Positions 49,201 through 61,188 of a stretch of 64,000 bases of DNA are shown one piece after another. The stretch's first letter is position 1, and every line of letters starts with the position of its first letter. A program made the position numbers and the translations under genes. The stretch is from contig NC_052158.1 in NCBI RefSeq assembly GCF_902713615.1, forward strand, positions 109,752,540 through 109,816,539, given 5' to 3'. The notes under the pieces are model-generated. The model made no database searches and was not told the origin of the DNA. It saw only the letters and a list, made by a program, of their open reading frames with translations. The DNA comes from Scyliorhinus canicula. Its lineage: Eukaryota.

Positions 49201-50294
49201 TACCAGTCAGATATACCAGGCCTTGCAGAGACCATAGGGGGGAAAGACGCAGCAACAAAGTAAAGAAATGATGAGAAAGGAGGGATGATGGGGGCTGAGG
49301 CTGAATAGTGCTGCGGCCTACCAGAGATATATAAGTCAACATATAATTGAAAAGAGATTCTCTCCTGAGTAAATGCTCCACGTAATACAGCAGCAGTTAC
49401 ACCAGGTGACCTACTTCTCAAGCCTACATTCTGAATACCCTCTAACACTGCAACCTCCCTCTTAATAACACATAGAAATCAACGTTAATGCAAAAAGAAT
49501 GTCTTTACTTAACAACTCGCATATTGTGGATTAAGGATCTTTTTCTTCTTTTAATATTGAAATGAAATCAGCCTAGTGCATCCATTAGTACCTCATGTCT
49601 GCTGACTTATCGGTTCTAGTGCCCCTACGGGATTGTTCTGCTGGATCAGGAGCCTGGAAGGCATGGAGGGCACTTGAGATGCCAGGGCGGAGAGGCCTTA
49701 AGCATCGCTGGGTCTTGACGGCTTGGCTACAGATACCTGTGTGATGCTGTTGGCTGTAGCAGTCTGAACCAGATGGCAATATGGAACCGACAAAGGTACG
49801 GTGCGAGAGGTTGGCAGAGGAGCAAGTGTCCTCTCATTCTGAGAGAGCAAGCATGAGCCTCTTTCATGAAGCCAATGTCACTGTCATGGGGCTGCACCTT
49901 TACATTCCTTTAGCTCGGGATTAGAACAGTAATCTCTACCCGTGCATTCCACACTCATACCCACCCTCCCCTTAATGGATTGAAAAACTAACAGGATGCT
50001 AGACCCCAGAGGCTTGATGGCAGCAGCCTGTGCTCCAGCAAACCTATTAAATGTTGGTCCAAATGTAGTGTTCATGGAGTTGAACATGCTCCATGGTTGA
50101 TTGCATAGTCTTAATACAGAGTTGTACCATTCCACACAAGCTAGAGTTGGACTCCTCCATGCTCTCTGCCATTGCCTGCAAGCTCATTGCCCAACAGCCC
50201 TGGTCACTGCGTCACAGATGGCACTCTCTGGCAGCCTGAAGCTGTCCGACTGGAGACCAGTCTTCTCTGGCATGTGCTGATCTAAATTTTTTTT

Positions 50295-51395
50295 CCTTAT
50301 TCATTCATGGAACATGGGCAGCGATGGCCTTGCCAACATTTATTGCCCATCCCTAATTGCCATTGGGAAGATGATGGTAAGCTGCTGCCTTGCAATCTAT
50401 CTAGTGTAGGTACACCCACCGTGCTGTTAGAGAGTGAGTTTCAGGATTTTGACCTAGCAACAATATTGACCAGCAACAATGAAGAAAACTGCAATATATT
50501 TCCAAGTCAGGATGGTGCATGGATTGGAGGACAATTTGTAGAGTTAGTGTTCCCATGCATCTGCTGACCTTGTCATTTGAGATGGTGGAGGTCGTGAGTT
50601 TGGAATGCGCTGTCAAAGGACCATTGGTCAATTGCTGCAGCACATCTTGGTTTTGTCCATCATTTTCAAATCCTCTCTGGTTACAAGTATGGTGCCAGGG
50701 GACAGCCAATGATGTATGATCGCACTGTTGTTTAAAAAGAGAGAAAGGAGACAGCAGGGTGGCGCAGTGGTTAGCCCTGCTGCCTCCCGGCTCTGGGTCA
50801 CTGTCCATGTGGAGTTTGCACATTCTCCCCATGTTTGCGTGGGTTTCGCTCCCCACAATCCAAAGATGTGCAGGGTAGGTGGATTGGCCACACTAAATTG
50901 CCCCTTAATTGGAAAAAATGAATTGGGTAATCTAAATTTAAATAAATAAATAAAAAATATAAAAAGGGAGAAATGGACAGGTCAAGTAATTATAGGTCAA
51001 CCAATTAACCAATGACGGTACACACTGCTGCCAGTGTGCGCTGGTGGTGAAGGGAATGGCTTGGTTGACAGTCAACCGGACTGATTTTTTCCTTGATTGC
51101 GTCGAGTTTCTTGAGTGTTGTTGGAGATCCACTTGTCCAGGAAAGTGGTGAGTATTCCATTACGCTCCTGACTTGTGCCTTTTAGGTTGTGGACAAGCAT
51201 TGGGGGGGTCTGGAGGTGAGCTACTCACCGCAGGATTCCTGGCCTTTGACCTGCTGTTGCAGCCACAATATTTATATGGCTGGTCCAGTTGAATTTCTGG
51301 TCAATGATAACCACCAGTGTGTTAATGATGGGGGGTTCAGCAATGGTAGTGCTATTGAATGTCAAGGGGAGTTGGTCAGATTCTCTCGTGTTGGA
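50295..51395 (-). mobile_element. CR1-group LINE 3' fragment
   Basis: IDQKFNWTSHINIVAATAGQRPGILR; ggcaattagggatgggcaataaatg tail. Confidence 0.75.
50750..50960 (+). mobile_element. A-tailed V-SINE (B-box deleted)
   Basis: Matches family with a gap in the head. Confidence 0.85.
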
Positions 51396-51528
51396 AAAAT
51401 GGTTCTTTGGGATCTGACAAATTTTATAGAATTTTATTGGAAATTTCTCTTTCTGCATCTCAATTAAGCAAGAAGTTTTGCACTCCATGAGAATATATAC
51501 ATTCAAACCATTAGAAGGTAGAATACTT

Positions 51529-52055
51529 GGCAGCACGGTAGCACAGTGGTTATCACTGTTGCTTCATAGCACCAGGGTCCCAGGTGCGATTCCCGGTTTG
51601 GGTCACTGCCTGTGTGGAGTTGCACGTTCTCTCTCTTCCTGCGTGGGTTTCCTCTGGGTGCTCTGGTTTCCTCCCACAAGTCCCGAAAGACGTGCTGTTA
51701 GATAATTTGGACATTCTGAATTCTCCCTCTGTGTACCCGAACAGGCGCCAGAATGTGGCGACTAGGGGCTTTTCACAGTAACTTCATTGCAGAGTTTAAA
51801 AAAAAATAATTTAGAGTACCCAATTCATTATTTCCAATTAAGGGGCAATTTAGAGTGGCCAATTCACCTACCCTGCACATCTTTTGGGTTGTGAACGTGG
51901 GTAGAATGTGCAAACTCCACACGGACAGTGACCCAGAGCCGGGATCGAACCTGGGACCTCGGCGCCGTGAGGCAACAGGGCTAACCCACTGTGCCACCGT
52001 GCTGCCCTTCGTTGCAGAGTTAATGTGAGCCTACTTGTGACAATAAAGATTTTAA
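51529..52055 (+). mobile_element. V-SINE with (cttgtgacaataaagat) tail, interrupted
   Basis: Same architecture as 12806; split by 51796-52008. Confidence 0.85.
51796..52008 (-). mobile_element. A-tailed V-SINE nested in V-SINE
   Basis: TSD ttc(a/g)ttgcagagtt. Confidence 0.9.
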
Positions 52056-52074
52056 AATTGATATTAAATCATCG

Positions 52075-53440
52075 AATCATAGTACTTTACAGCAGAAAGT
52101 GAGTCAGTTTTGATCCTTGTGTCATGTAGTGCTGCCTGAAAAAGAGCTATCCTATTTCCAAGTCCTTGGTCCTTGTAGATTATGGCAATTTGAGTGCATT
52201 CCCAAGTATTCTTTAAATGTGATTAACACTTTTGCCCTTACCACCCTTTCTGGCAGTGAATTTCACCAACTTTGGGTGAAAGCATTCTCAGTTCCTGCAA
52301 TCCTTCTACCAAGTATTTTAAATCTCTGCCTCTGACTATTGGCCTCTCTGCTCAGGAAAATAAATTGTTGCTATCCAGTTTACCTCAACTCCTCCTAAAT
52401 TTATGTACCTCAGTTCCAAATAAAACTACCCAAGCCTATCCAATCTTTCTTCATAGCGAAAATTGTCTTCTCCTGGCAATATCCTGATAAACCTTCTCTG
52501 TACCCTCTCTTGAGCAAGCAGAGCCTTCCTATGATTAGGTAACCATAATGATATGCCGTACTCCAGCTGTGCCTAACTAGTGTTTCATGCAGTTCTGGCA
52601 TAATCGCCCTGCTGTTATGTTCTACGTCTTGACTAATATAGGAAAGTATGCCCTCTTACCCACTTGGACGGCTACCTGCAGACATCTGTGCAAATGCACT
52701 CTCTTCCTCTGTATATGTCAACATCCTTTATTTATTGTGTATTACCTTGCCTGCCCTCACCTCAATTTACCTCATACTTCACCGGGGTTGAATTTCATTT
52801 GGCAATTTTCTGTCCACCTGAAAAGACCATTGATATTGCCCTGCGGTCTACAACTTTTCAAGCACACGACCATTTTTATGCATCAACTTCCTAATCATGC
52901 CTCCTGTTTTGAAGACTAGATTATTGATATATACAATGAAAAGCAAGAGATCTAGTACTGGACTCTGAGGAACTCCACTGGAAACAGCCTTCCATCAGAA
53001 ACATTAATTGACCATTACCCTTCACTTCCTGCCACTTAGCCAATTTTGATCTTTTGTTTGAATTCCATGTGCTTTTAGTTTTCTGACCAGCCTGCCATGT
53101 GGAACATTGCCAAAAGCCTTGGTAAACTCCATATGGAATATATTAAAAGTGCCACCCTCATTGAAACTCCTTGTTAACCAAAGAAATTGGTCAAGTTAGT
53201 CAGACATGACTTTACCTTCATAAATCCATATCAACTGTCCTTGATTAATTTGTGCTTTCAAAGTGGTGATTTATACTGACCCTCAGAATTTCTTCCAATA
53301 ATTTGCCCATTACCAAGTTTAGGCTGACCTGTAATTAACTGGTCTATTGCGTTCTCCCTTTTTAAACAACTGTATAACCATAATACAACATTCGCTGTCA
53401 TCTCGCACCATGCCTGTAACCAGAAGGGATTGGAAAATGA
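52075..53440 (-). mobile_element. Old CR1 LINE RT-to-tail fragment
   Basis: LFKKGERNRPVNYR and downstream RT remnants on minus strand. Confidence 0.8.
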
Positions 53441-53559
53441 TGGACAAAATCAGCAGGAGGCAGGAGTAATGAAGAAACGTATTAGTGGGGGGAAAATGGT
53501 TAGCTAATGTATTCATGGAGCAAAATGCAGGCAAGAGCAAAGGGAAATGCAACTTCTCA

Positions 53560-54292
53560 CAAAAAAATCTTTTAGGATTTAAGGTGAAGAAGAAAAATTG
53601 GACTTATGGCAGATATTAGGTGGATAATATGATGAAAAACCAGGCTGAATAGAAAAGGTTCATAAGGATGTAAAAAAGCAAATAAGAGAAGCAAAGAAGG
53701 AGTATGAAAAGAGGCTGGCAGCCAACATAAAGGGGAACACCAGAGTCTTCTATAGGCGTATAAATAGTAAAAGGCAGGGTGGGGCCAATTAGGGGCCGAA
53801 AATGTGATTTATGCATGAAAGGCATTGAGGTATTCAAAGAATATGCTGCCTTTATTAAGGAAGAAGATGCTACCCAAATCACAATGTAAATTGAGGTAAT
53901 TAATACACTTGAAGGATTTAAAATTGATAAAGAGGAGGTATAGATAGGCTGTCTGTGCTTAAAGTTGTCAAGGCATCAGGACTCGGTGAGATGCATGCAA
54001 GAATAATGAGGGAAATGAGAGTGGAAATTCCAGAGGCACTGGCCATAATTTCCCAGTCATCCTTAAACTCAGGGGTGGAGTATTCCAAATGTTGCACCCT
54101 TGCTCAAAAGAAGAGTTAAGGATAAGCCCAGCAACTATAGGTCAGTCAATTTAACATTGGTGATTTTAAGCTTCCAAAAACAATAATTCGGAACAAAATT
54201 AATTGTCACTTGAACAAATGCAATTTAATTAAGGTAGGCCAGCCATTGATTTGTTAAAAAAATAAATCATGTTCCATTAACTGCTGGAGTTT
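53560..54292 (+). mobile_element. Old CR1 ORF2, part 1 (resumes at 60620)
   Basis: EYEKRLAANIKGN..FYR.IN; KPSNYRS; breaks off at KSC..LLEF. Confidence 0.8.
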
Positions 54293-54476
54293 TGCGACTT
54301 CCAGTGGCGGCATGTAAAAGCACGTTGCAAGAAACGTGCTCCTGCCAGGATCACGGTATTTTGATTTGATTTGCCTGTTTTTTGGGGCGATTTTGGGTTC
54401 TGACCCAGTGGGATGGTATGGGGAATGGAAAGGTGAAAGGGGAATGTCAAAAGCCTCGTTGAAAAAGGCCACGGGA

Positions 54477-54705
54477 GGGCAGCACTGTGACCTAGTGGTT
54501 AGCACAGTTGTCTCACGGCGCTGAGGTCCCAGGTTCGATCCCGGCTCTGGGTCACTGTCCGTGTGGAGTTTGCACATTCTCCCCATGTCTGCGTCGGTTT
54601 CACCCCCACAACCCAAAAATGTGTAGAGTAGGTAGATTGGCCACACTAAATTGCCCCTTAATTGGAAAAAATAATTGGGTAATCTAAATTTATTTAAAAA
54701 AAAGA
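54477..54705 (+). mobile_element. A-tailed V-SINE in L1
   Basis: TSD aaaag(g/a)ccacggga. Confidence 0.9.
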
Positions 54706-56353
54706 AAAAGACCACGGGAAGGCAACTCCCGGCTGGTTGGATACGGGATCAGACTAAGTTCCATAGATCCGGTGAGAAAGTGTTTCACACTTGCTTTGAT
54801 AGTAGGGCCTGGGCAGTTGGCGATCTTAATTAATAAGAAGATGAAGAGGGTTAAATCTGATCTGTGTGGACGGTACGTGATGGTTGTAGGGGCATTATGG
54901 GTAAAGTTGGTGGTTCTAGGCCGCAAATTCGGACAATGTATCGGTTATGAAACGGCTACTGGCTATCGTGCTGGATTTAGATACCCAGAATTGATTTTGG
55001 GGGAGGTGATTTAAATTGTGTGTTGGACCGAAGGTGGATTGCTCCAGACCAAAATTTTTGGTCCGATTTGTAATGGCGAAGGTATTGTCTGCATTTATGG
55101 AGGAAACGGAGCCGGGGGAAGACCCATGGCGATTTGTGCACCTGGGGAGAAGGAGGTCTCGTTTTTTTCTTCGGTACACAAGGTGTCTTCGAGGATTGAT
55201 TATTTTATCATGAGTCAGACTATTCCCACTGGGGTGAAGAAGGCTGAGTACTCAGCAGTGTTGTTTTGCATCATGCCCCACATTGGATGGACCTGGTGTT
55301 GGAGGGCGGTTGTCAGTGTTGTAGTGGGTGGTAGTTAGATGTAGGACTCCTATTTAATTTGGGGTTATATGAGGATTTTGAGGGCCATAAAGGAGTATGT
55401 GGAATATAATGATAATGGGGAGGTCTCTCCCTCGACTTTGTAGGAGGCGCTGAAGGTGGTGATCTGGGGACTCATCATAACCTATAAGGCATATCTGGAC
55501 GTGAAGGCGAGGGAGGAGTGATAGAAATTGTGGCGTAGAGTCTAAGGGTGGATCGTAGGTACGCAAGGGACCTGACCATGGAGCTTTTGGCTTGCAGGAA
55601 AAACTGCAAATGCAGTTTGTCATGCTATCCATGGTCTGAGCGATGCAGCAATTGGGGCGGTGTATGTGTATGGGGAGAAGGCTAGCCATCTCTTGGCTCA
55701 TCAATTACGGTGGCAGGAGGCCATGGAGATTATTCAGGTTCCGGATTTTGAGGGTACGCTGGTCTCTGCCCCTGATAAGGTGAGTGGAGTGTTTAGGGCC
55801 TTTTCTGAGAAGTTGTATCGGTCGGAGCTGGGGGAGTATGAATCTGGGATGGCAGAGTTCTGGGAGGTTTTGAGTTTCCTAGGTGGTGGAGGAATTCCTG
55901 GAGGAACTAGAGACATTATTGGGTCTGCAGGAAATTCAGACAGTGTTGAAGCACATGCAGGCAGGGAAGGCATTGGAGCCGGATGGGTTCCCGGTGGAAT
56001 TTTATAAGACATTTTCGGATCAGTTGGATCTGTGTTGCTGTGCATGTTTAGGGACTCTTTGGCATGGGGTGCCAAATTTGCTGTACTATTATAGGGTGGT
56101 CAATGCAGAGAAGGTGGGATGGTGCAGCAACTCAGGGGCTCTGGGTTCAGATGGAGTCGGGGTCATGTAGGGGCACAGGTTTGGAGGCATTGGTAACAGC
56201 ACCACCTCCGTTGGCATGGGCAAGGTATTCAGCCAACTCAGTGGTGGTGTCCATGCTAAAAATAAAACTCTGCCAGCGTTTTAAGTTGGGGCCAGCTTCA
56301 AGGCTGGCTTCCATTGTGCTAACCAACTGTTTGAGCCAGTTAGGCTAGATGTC

Positions 56354-58893
56354 TAGATAAGGCTAAATAACTGATGCATGTAGAAATGGTACAGCAGTTA
56401 TCATGGGGGATTTTAATCTACATGTCGATTGGTTTAACCAGGTCGGTCAAGGCAACCGTGAGGAGGAGTTTATAGAATGTATCCGCGATAGTTTCCTAGA
56501 ACAGTATGTAATGGAACCTACGAGGGAACAAGCGGTCCTAGATCTTGTCCTGTGTAATGAGACAGGATTGATTCATGATCTCATAGTTAGGGATCCTCTC
56601 GGAAGGAGCGATCACAATATGGTGGAATTTAAAATACAGATGGAGGGTGAGAAAGTAAAATCAAATACTAGTGTTTTGTGTTTAAACAAAGGAGATTACA
56701 AGGGGATGAGAGAAGAACTAGCTAAGGTAGACTGGGAGCTAAGACTTTATGGTGGAACAGTTGAGGAACAGTGGAGAACCTTCCAAGCGATTTTTCACAG
56801 TGCTCAGCAAAGGTTTATACCAACAAAAAGGAAGGACGGAAGAAAGAGGGAAAATCGACCGTGGATATCTAAGGAAATAAGGGAGAGTATCAAATTGAAG
56901 GAAAAAGCATATAAAGTGGCAAAGATTGCTGGGAGATTAGAGGACTGGGAAATCTTTAGGGGGCAACAGAAAGCTACTAAAAAAGCTATAAAGAAGAGTA
57001 AGATAGAGTATGAGAGTAAACTTGCTCAGAATATAAAAACAGACAGTAAAAGTTTTTACAAATATATAAGACAAAAAAGAGTGGCTAAGGTAAATATTGG
57101 TCCTTTAGAGGATGAGAAGGGAGTTTTAATAATGGGAAATGAGGAAATGGCTGAGGAACTGAACAGGTTTTTTGGGTCGGTCTTCACAGTGGAAGACACA
57201 AATAACATGCCAGCGACTGATAGAAATGAGTCTATGACAGGTGAGGACCTTGAGAGGATTGTTATCACTAAGGAGGGAGTGATGGGCAAGCTAATGGGGC
57301 TAAAGGTAGACAAGTCTCCTGGCCCTGATGGAATGCATCCCAGAGTGCTAAAAGAGATGGCTAGGGAAATTGCAGATGCACTAGTGATAATTTACCGAAA
57401 TGCACTAGACTCTGGGGTGGTCCCGGTGGATTGGAAATTAGCAAACGTGACGCCACTGTTTAAAAAAGGAGGTAGGCAGAAAGCAGGAAATTATAGGCCA
57501 GTGAGTTTAACTTCGGTAATAGGGAAGATGCTGGAATCTATCATCAAGGAAGAAATTGCGAGGCATCTGGATAGAAATTGTCCCATTGGGCAGACGCAGC
57601 ATGGGTTCGTAAAAGGCAGGTCGTGCCTAACTAATTTAGTGGAATTTTTTGAGGACATTACCAGTGCAGTAGATAACGGGGAGCCGATGGATGTGGTATA
57701 TCTGGATTTCCAGAAAGCCTTTGACAAGGTGCCACACAAAAGGTTGCTGCATAAGATAAAGATGCATGGCATTAAGGGTAAAGTAGTAGCATGGATAGAG
57801 GATTGATTAATTAATAGAAAGCAAAGAGTTGGGATAAATGGGTGTTTCTCTGGTTGGCAATCAGTAGCTAGTGGTGTCCCTCAGGGATCCGTGTTGGGCC
57901 CACAATTGTTCACAATTTACATTGATGATTTGGAGTTGGGGACCAAGGGCAATGTGTCCAAGTTTGCAGATGACACTAAGATGAGTGGTAAAGCGAAAAG
58001 TGCAGAGGATACTGGAAGTCTGCAGAGGGATTTGGATAGGTTAAGTGAATGGGCTAGGGTCTGGCAGATGGAATACAATGTTGACAAATGTGAGGTTATC
58101 CATTTTGGTAGGAATAACAGCAAACGGGATTATTATTTAAACGATAAAATATTAAAGCATGCCGCTGTTCAGAGAGACTTGGGTGTGCTAGTGCATGAGT
58201 CACAGAAGGTTGGTTTACAAGTGCAACAGGTGATTAAGAAGGCAAATGGAATTTTGTCCTTCATTGCTAGAGGGATGGATTTTAAGACTAGGGAGGTTAT
58301 GTTGCAATTGTATAAGGTGTTAGTGCGGCCACACCTGGAGTATTGTGTTCAGTTTTGGTCTCCTTACTTGAGAAAGGACGTACTGGCGCTGGAGGGTGTG
58401 CAGAGGAGATTCACTAGGTTAATCCCAGAGCTGAAGGGGTTGGATTATGAGGAGAGGTTGAGTAGACTGGGACTGTACTCATTGGAATTTAGAAGGATGA
58501 GGGGGGATCTTATAGAAACATTTAAAATTATGAAGGGAATAGATAGGATAGATGCGGGCAGGTTGTTTCCACTGGCGGGTGACAGCAGAACTAGGGGGCA
58601 TAGCCTCAAAATAAGGGGAAGTAGATTTAGAACTGAGTTTAGGAGGAACTTCTTCACCCAAAGGGTTGTGAATCTATGGAATTCCTTGCCCAGTGAAGCA
58701 GTTGAGGCTCCTTCATTACATGTTTTTAAGGTAAAGATAGATAGTTTTTTGAAGAATAAAGGGATTAAGGGTTATGGTGTTCGGGCCAGAAAGTGGAGCT
58801 GAGTCCATAAAAGATCAGCCATGATCTAATTGAATGGCGGAGCAGGCTCGAGGGGCCAGATGGCCTACTCCTGCTCCTAGTTCTTATGTTCTT
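56354..58893 (+). mobile_element. Young 5'-truncated CR1 LINE
   Basis: (ttcttatg)n tail; TSD atgtc at 56349-56353 and 58894-58898; L1 sequence rejoins across it. Confidence 0.95.
56403..58802 (+). pseudogene. CR1 ORF2 (partial endonuclease + reverse transcriptase), one in-frame stop
   Basis: GDFN, SDH, YRPVSLTS, QHGF, DFQKAFDKV, SGVPQGS, FADD; both ORF halves in the same frame, TGA at 57804-57806 where Trp is expected. Confidence 0.95.
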
Positions 58894-59735
58894 ATGTCAC
58901 ATTTAGTGCATGGAGAGAGAGAGGGTTGGAGAGTGGGTGATTTATTCTTGGAGGGGCCAGCCTGGAGGAACTGAAGGAGAAATTTGGGCTGTTAGGCGAG
59001 GACATGTTTAGGTACCTCCAGGTGTGGAGGATTGTCAAGCATTTTGTTTAAATTTCCGGGAGATGCCGCCATCATCCCTAATGGAGTAGATTCTCTCCTG
59101 TTCAGGGTTGGAGGAGGGCAGTCCATCCGGCATGCATGAGCGCATCATAGGGGAAGAGTTGAGCTTGGTGGAAGGGGTGAAAGCGAAATGGGTGGAGGAG
59201 TTGGGGCCAATACTGAAGGAGGAATTATGTAGTGAGGGGCTGTGGAGGGTGAATGCCAAGTCACCATGTGCAAGACTGAGCCTTATCCATCGAAAGGTAG
59301 TGCTTCGAGCGCACCTCACTAAGGCTAGGATGAGTCATTTTATTGAGGGGATGGAGGATAAGTGCGAGCACTGTTCAAGGGGTCTGCACACCACACACAG
59401 ACACACATGCTTTGCTCCTGTTCTAAGCTGGTGTGTTTCTGGAGGTCCTTTCTCAACACCATATCGGCAATCTTAAATATTGAGCTAGAGCCCTGCCCTC
59501 TGGTGGCTATGTTTAGGGTTTCAGATGTGCCAGAGCTTCGGATGGGTGAAGGGCAGATGTCCTTGCCCTGATCTTGTTGATGGCATGGAGATGTATCCTG
59601 CTGGGCTGGAGGTGGGTGACATCGCCAAGTGCCACGGTGTGGCTAGGGGGACTTTATGGAGATTTTGCACCTTGCGAAGGTCAAATACACCATGAGCGGG
59701 TCGATTGAAGCATCCTACTAGAAATGGTGATTGTT

Positions 59736-60176
59736 CCGCTGCAGGGTATCAAGGCAAAGTGGGAGGAAGAGTCGGGAGAGGGTATGGAGGAGGGCTTCTG
59801 GTGTGAGGTGCTCCGGAGGGTGAACGCCTCCACCTCGTGTGCGAGGTTGGGGATGATACAGCTGAAGGCGGTTTTATAGAGCAAACCTCACAAGGGCGAG
59901 GATGAGCTGACTCTTTGAGAGGGTAGGAGATGTGTGTGAACATTCCGGAGGTAGGGGGCAAACCACGTTCATATGATTTGTTCCTGTCCAAAGCTGGAGG
60001 ATTACTGGAAGGAGGTTTTTAGGGTAATCTCTAAAGTGGTGCACGTGAAACTGGACCCGGGCCTTCGGGAGGCCATATTCAGGACCAACCGGTGTTGGAA
60101 ACCTGTGCGGAGGCAGATGTTGTAGCCTTCGCCGTGTTGATCGCCCGAAGGCGATTAAAAAATATTTTAAAAAAAA
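59736..60176 (+). mobile_element. Short L1 fragment nested in L1
   Basis: GIKAKWEEE.G..LRRVNASTSCARLG; A tail; exact 16-bp TSD agaaatggtgattgtt (59720-59735, 60177-60192). Confidence 0.9.
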
Positions 60177-60196
60177 AGAAATGGTGATTGTTTGCA

Positions 60197-60395
60197 TTGG
60201 GCGGGATTCTTCATCCCTCCTGCCCTGTTTTGCAGCATGGCGCGCCCCCGCCGGCAGCGGAATTCTCCATTCCTGCAGCCGGTCAATGGGGTTTCCCATT
60301 GTGGGTCACCCCACACCTTCAGGAAGCGTGCGGGCGCCGGTACGCTGCCGTTGGGGCGGAGGATCCCGCCGACGAGAATTCCACGGATGGAAAAC
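60197..60395. mobile_element. Short MITE
   Basis: gggcgggattc start; same family as 10740 and 23449. Confidence 0.6.
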
Positions 60396-60969
60396 TGGTC
60401 ACCAATAACTGTTTGCGGGTGGGGGGGGGGGGGGGGGGGGGGGGGGGCTGCGGTGGAGAGGTGAGTAGTACTGGAGTTTTTTCATTTTTGGTTTTGTTAT
60501 TTCACAGGTTGGAAGGTTGGGTTGGGGATTTGTTTGTTGTTTGTGTTTTTGGTGAAGGGTTTTTTGTTTGTATGTATCGTAATTTTGAATAAAGTGTTAA
60601 AAGTATAGTGAAAAAAAACTTGCAAGAGCTCTTTTTGAAGAGGTAACTGAGATGGTTGTTGAGGATAATGCTGTTTGTGTATGTGGGCTTCCGAAAGGCA
60701 TTTAATACAATACCATACAACAGACCTGTGAGCAAAGGAATGGCACAGAGAATAAAGGGATAGCACTAATATGGATACAAAATTAGCTGAGTGACAGGAA
60801 ACAGAGAGTAATGGCTCCCAAAAGAGAAAACACTGGAAAATCTCAGCAGGTCTGGCAGCATGTGTAAGGAGACAAAAGAGCTAACATTTCAAGTCCAGAA
60901 AACCCTTTGTTAAAGCTAAAAGGTGTCTTCACCCTACTGTATAAATATCTCCCACTTTCTATGCCTTTT

Positions 60970-61008
60970 GGCTTTGACAAAGGGTCATCTGGACTTGAAA
61001 TGTTAGCT
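60970..61008 (+). ncRNA. Hammerhead motif, second copy (CpG-decayed)
   Basis: GGCU-UUGACAA-A-GGGUC-aucug-GACUU-GAAAU-GUU-AGCU. Confidence 0.5.
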
Positions 61009-61011
61009 CTT

Positions 61012-61188
61012 AATATAATAATAATCACTTATTGTCACAAGTAGGCTTCAATGAAGTTACTGTGAAATGTCCCTAATCGCCACATTCCGGCGCCTGTTCG
61101 GGGAGGCCGGTATGGAATTAAACCCGCGCTGCTGGCCTTGTTCTGCATTACAAGCCAGCTGTTCAGCCCACTGTGCTAAACCAGCCCC
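61012..61188 (-). mobile_element. Short tRNA-derived SINE
   Basis: Reverse complement of the 5748 family; (tta)n tail. Confidence 0.8.

Larger units (their letters stand above)
54295..60612 (+). mobile_element. Internally deleted L1-clade LINE hosting several insertions
   Basis: gacttccagtggcggc 5' end; EN remnants (EKEVSFFSSVHKVSSRIDYF), YGEKASHLLAHQLR, GKALEPDGFPVEFYKTF, C-terminal KWVEELG..HLTKARMS..CEHC; G/T-rich 3' UTR, AATAAA, A tail. Confidence 0.85.

Noticed and set aside
57801-57809. Programmed read-through or selenocysteine TGA in CR1 ORF2
   Set aside because: A TGG to TGA mutation (or read error) in a 5'-truncated copy is simpler.
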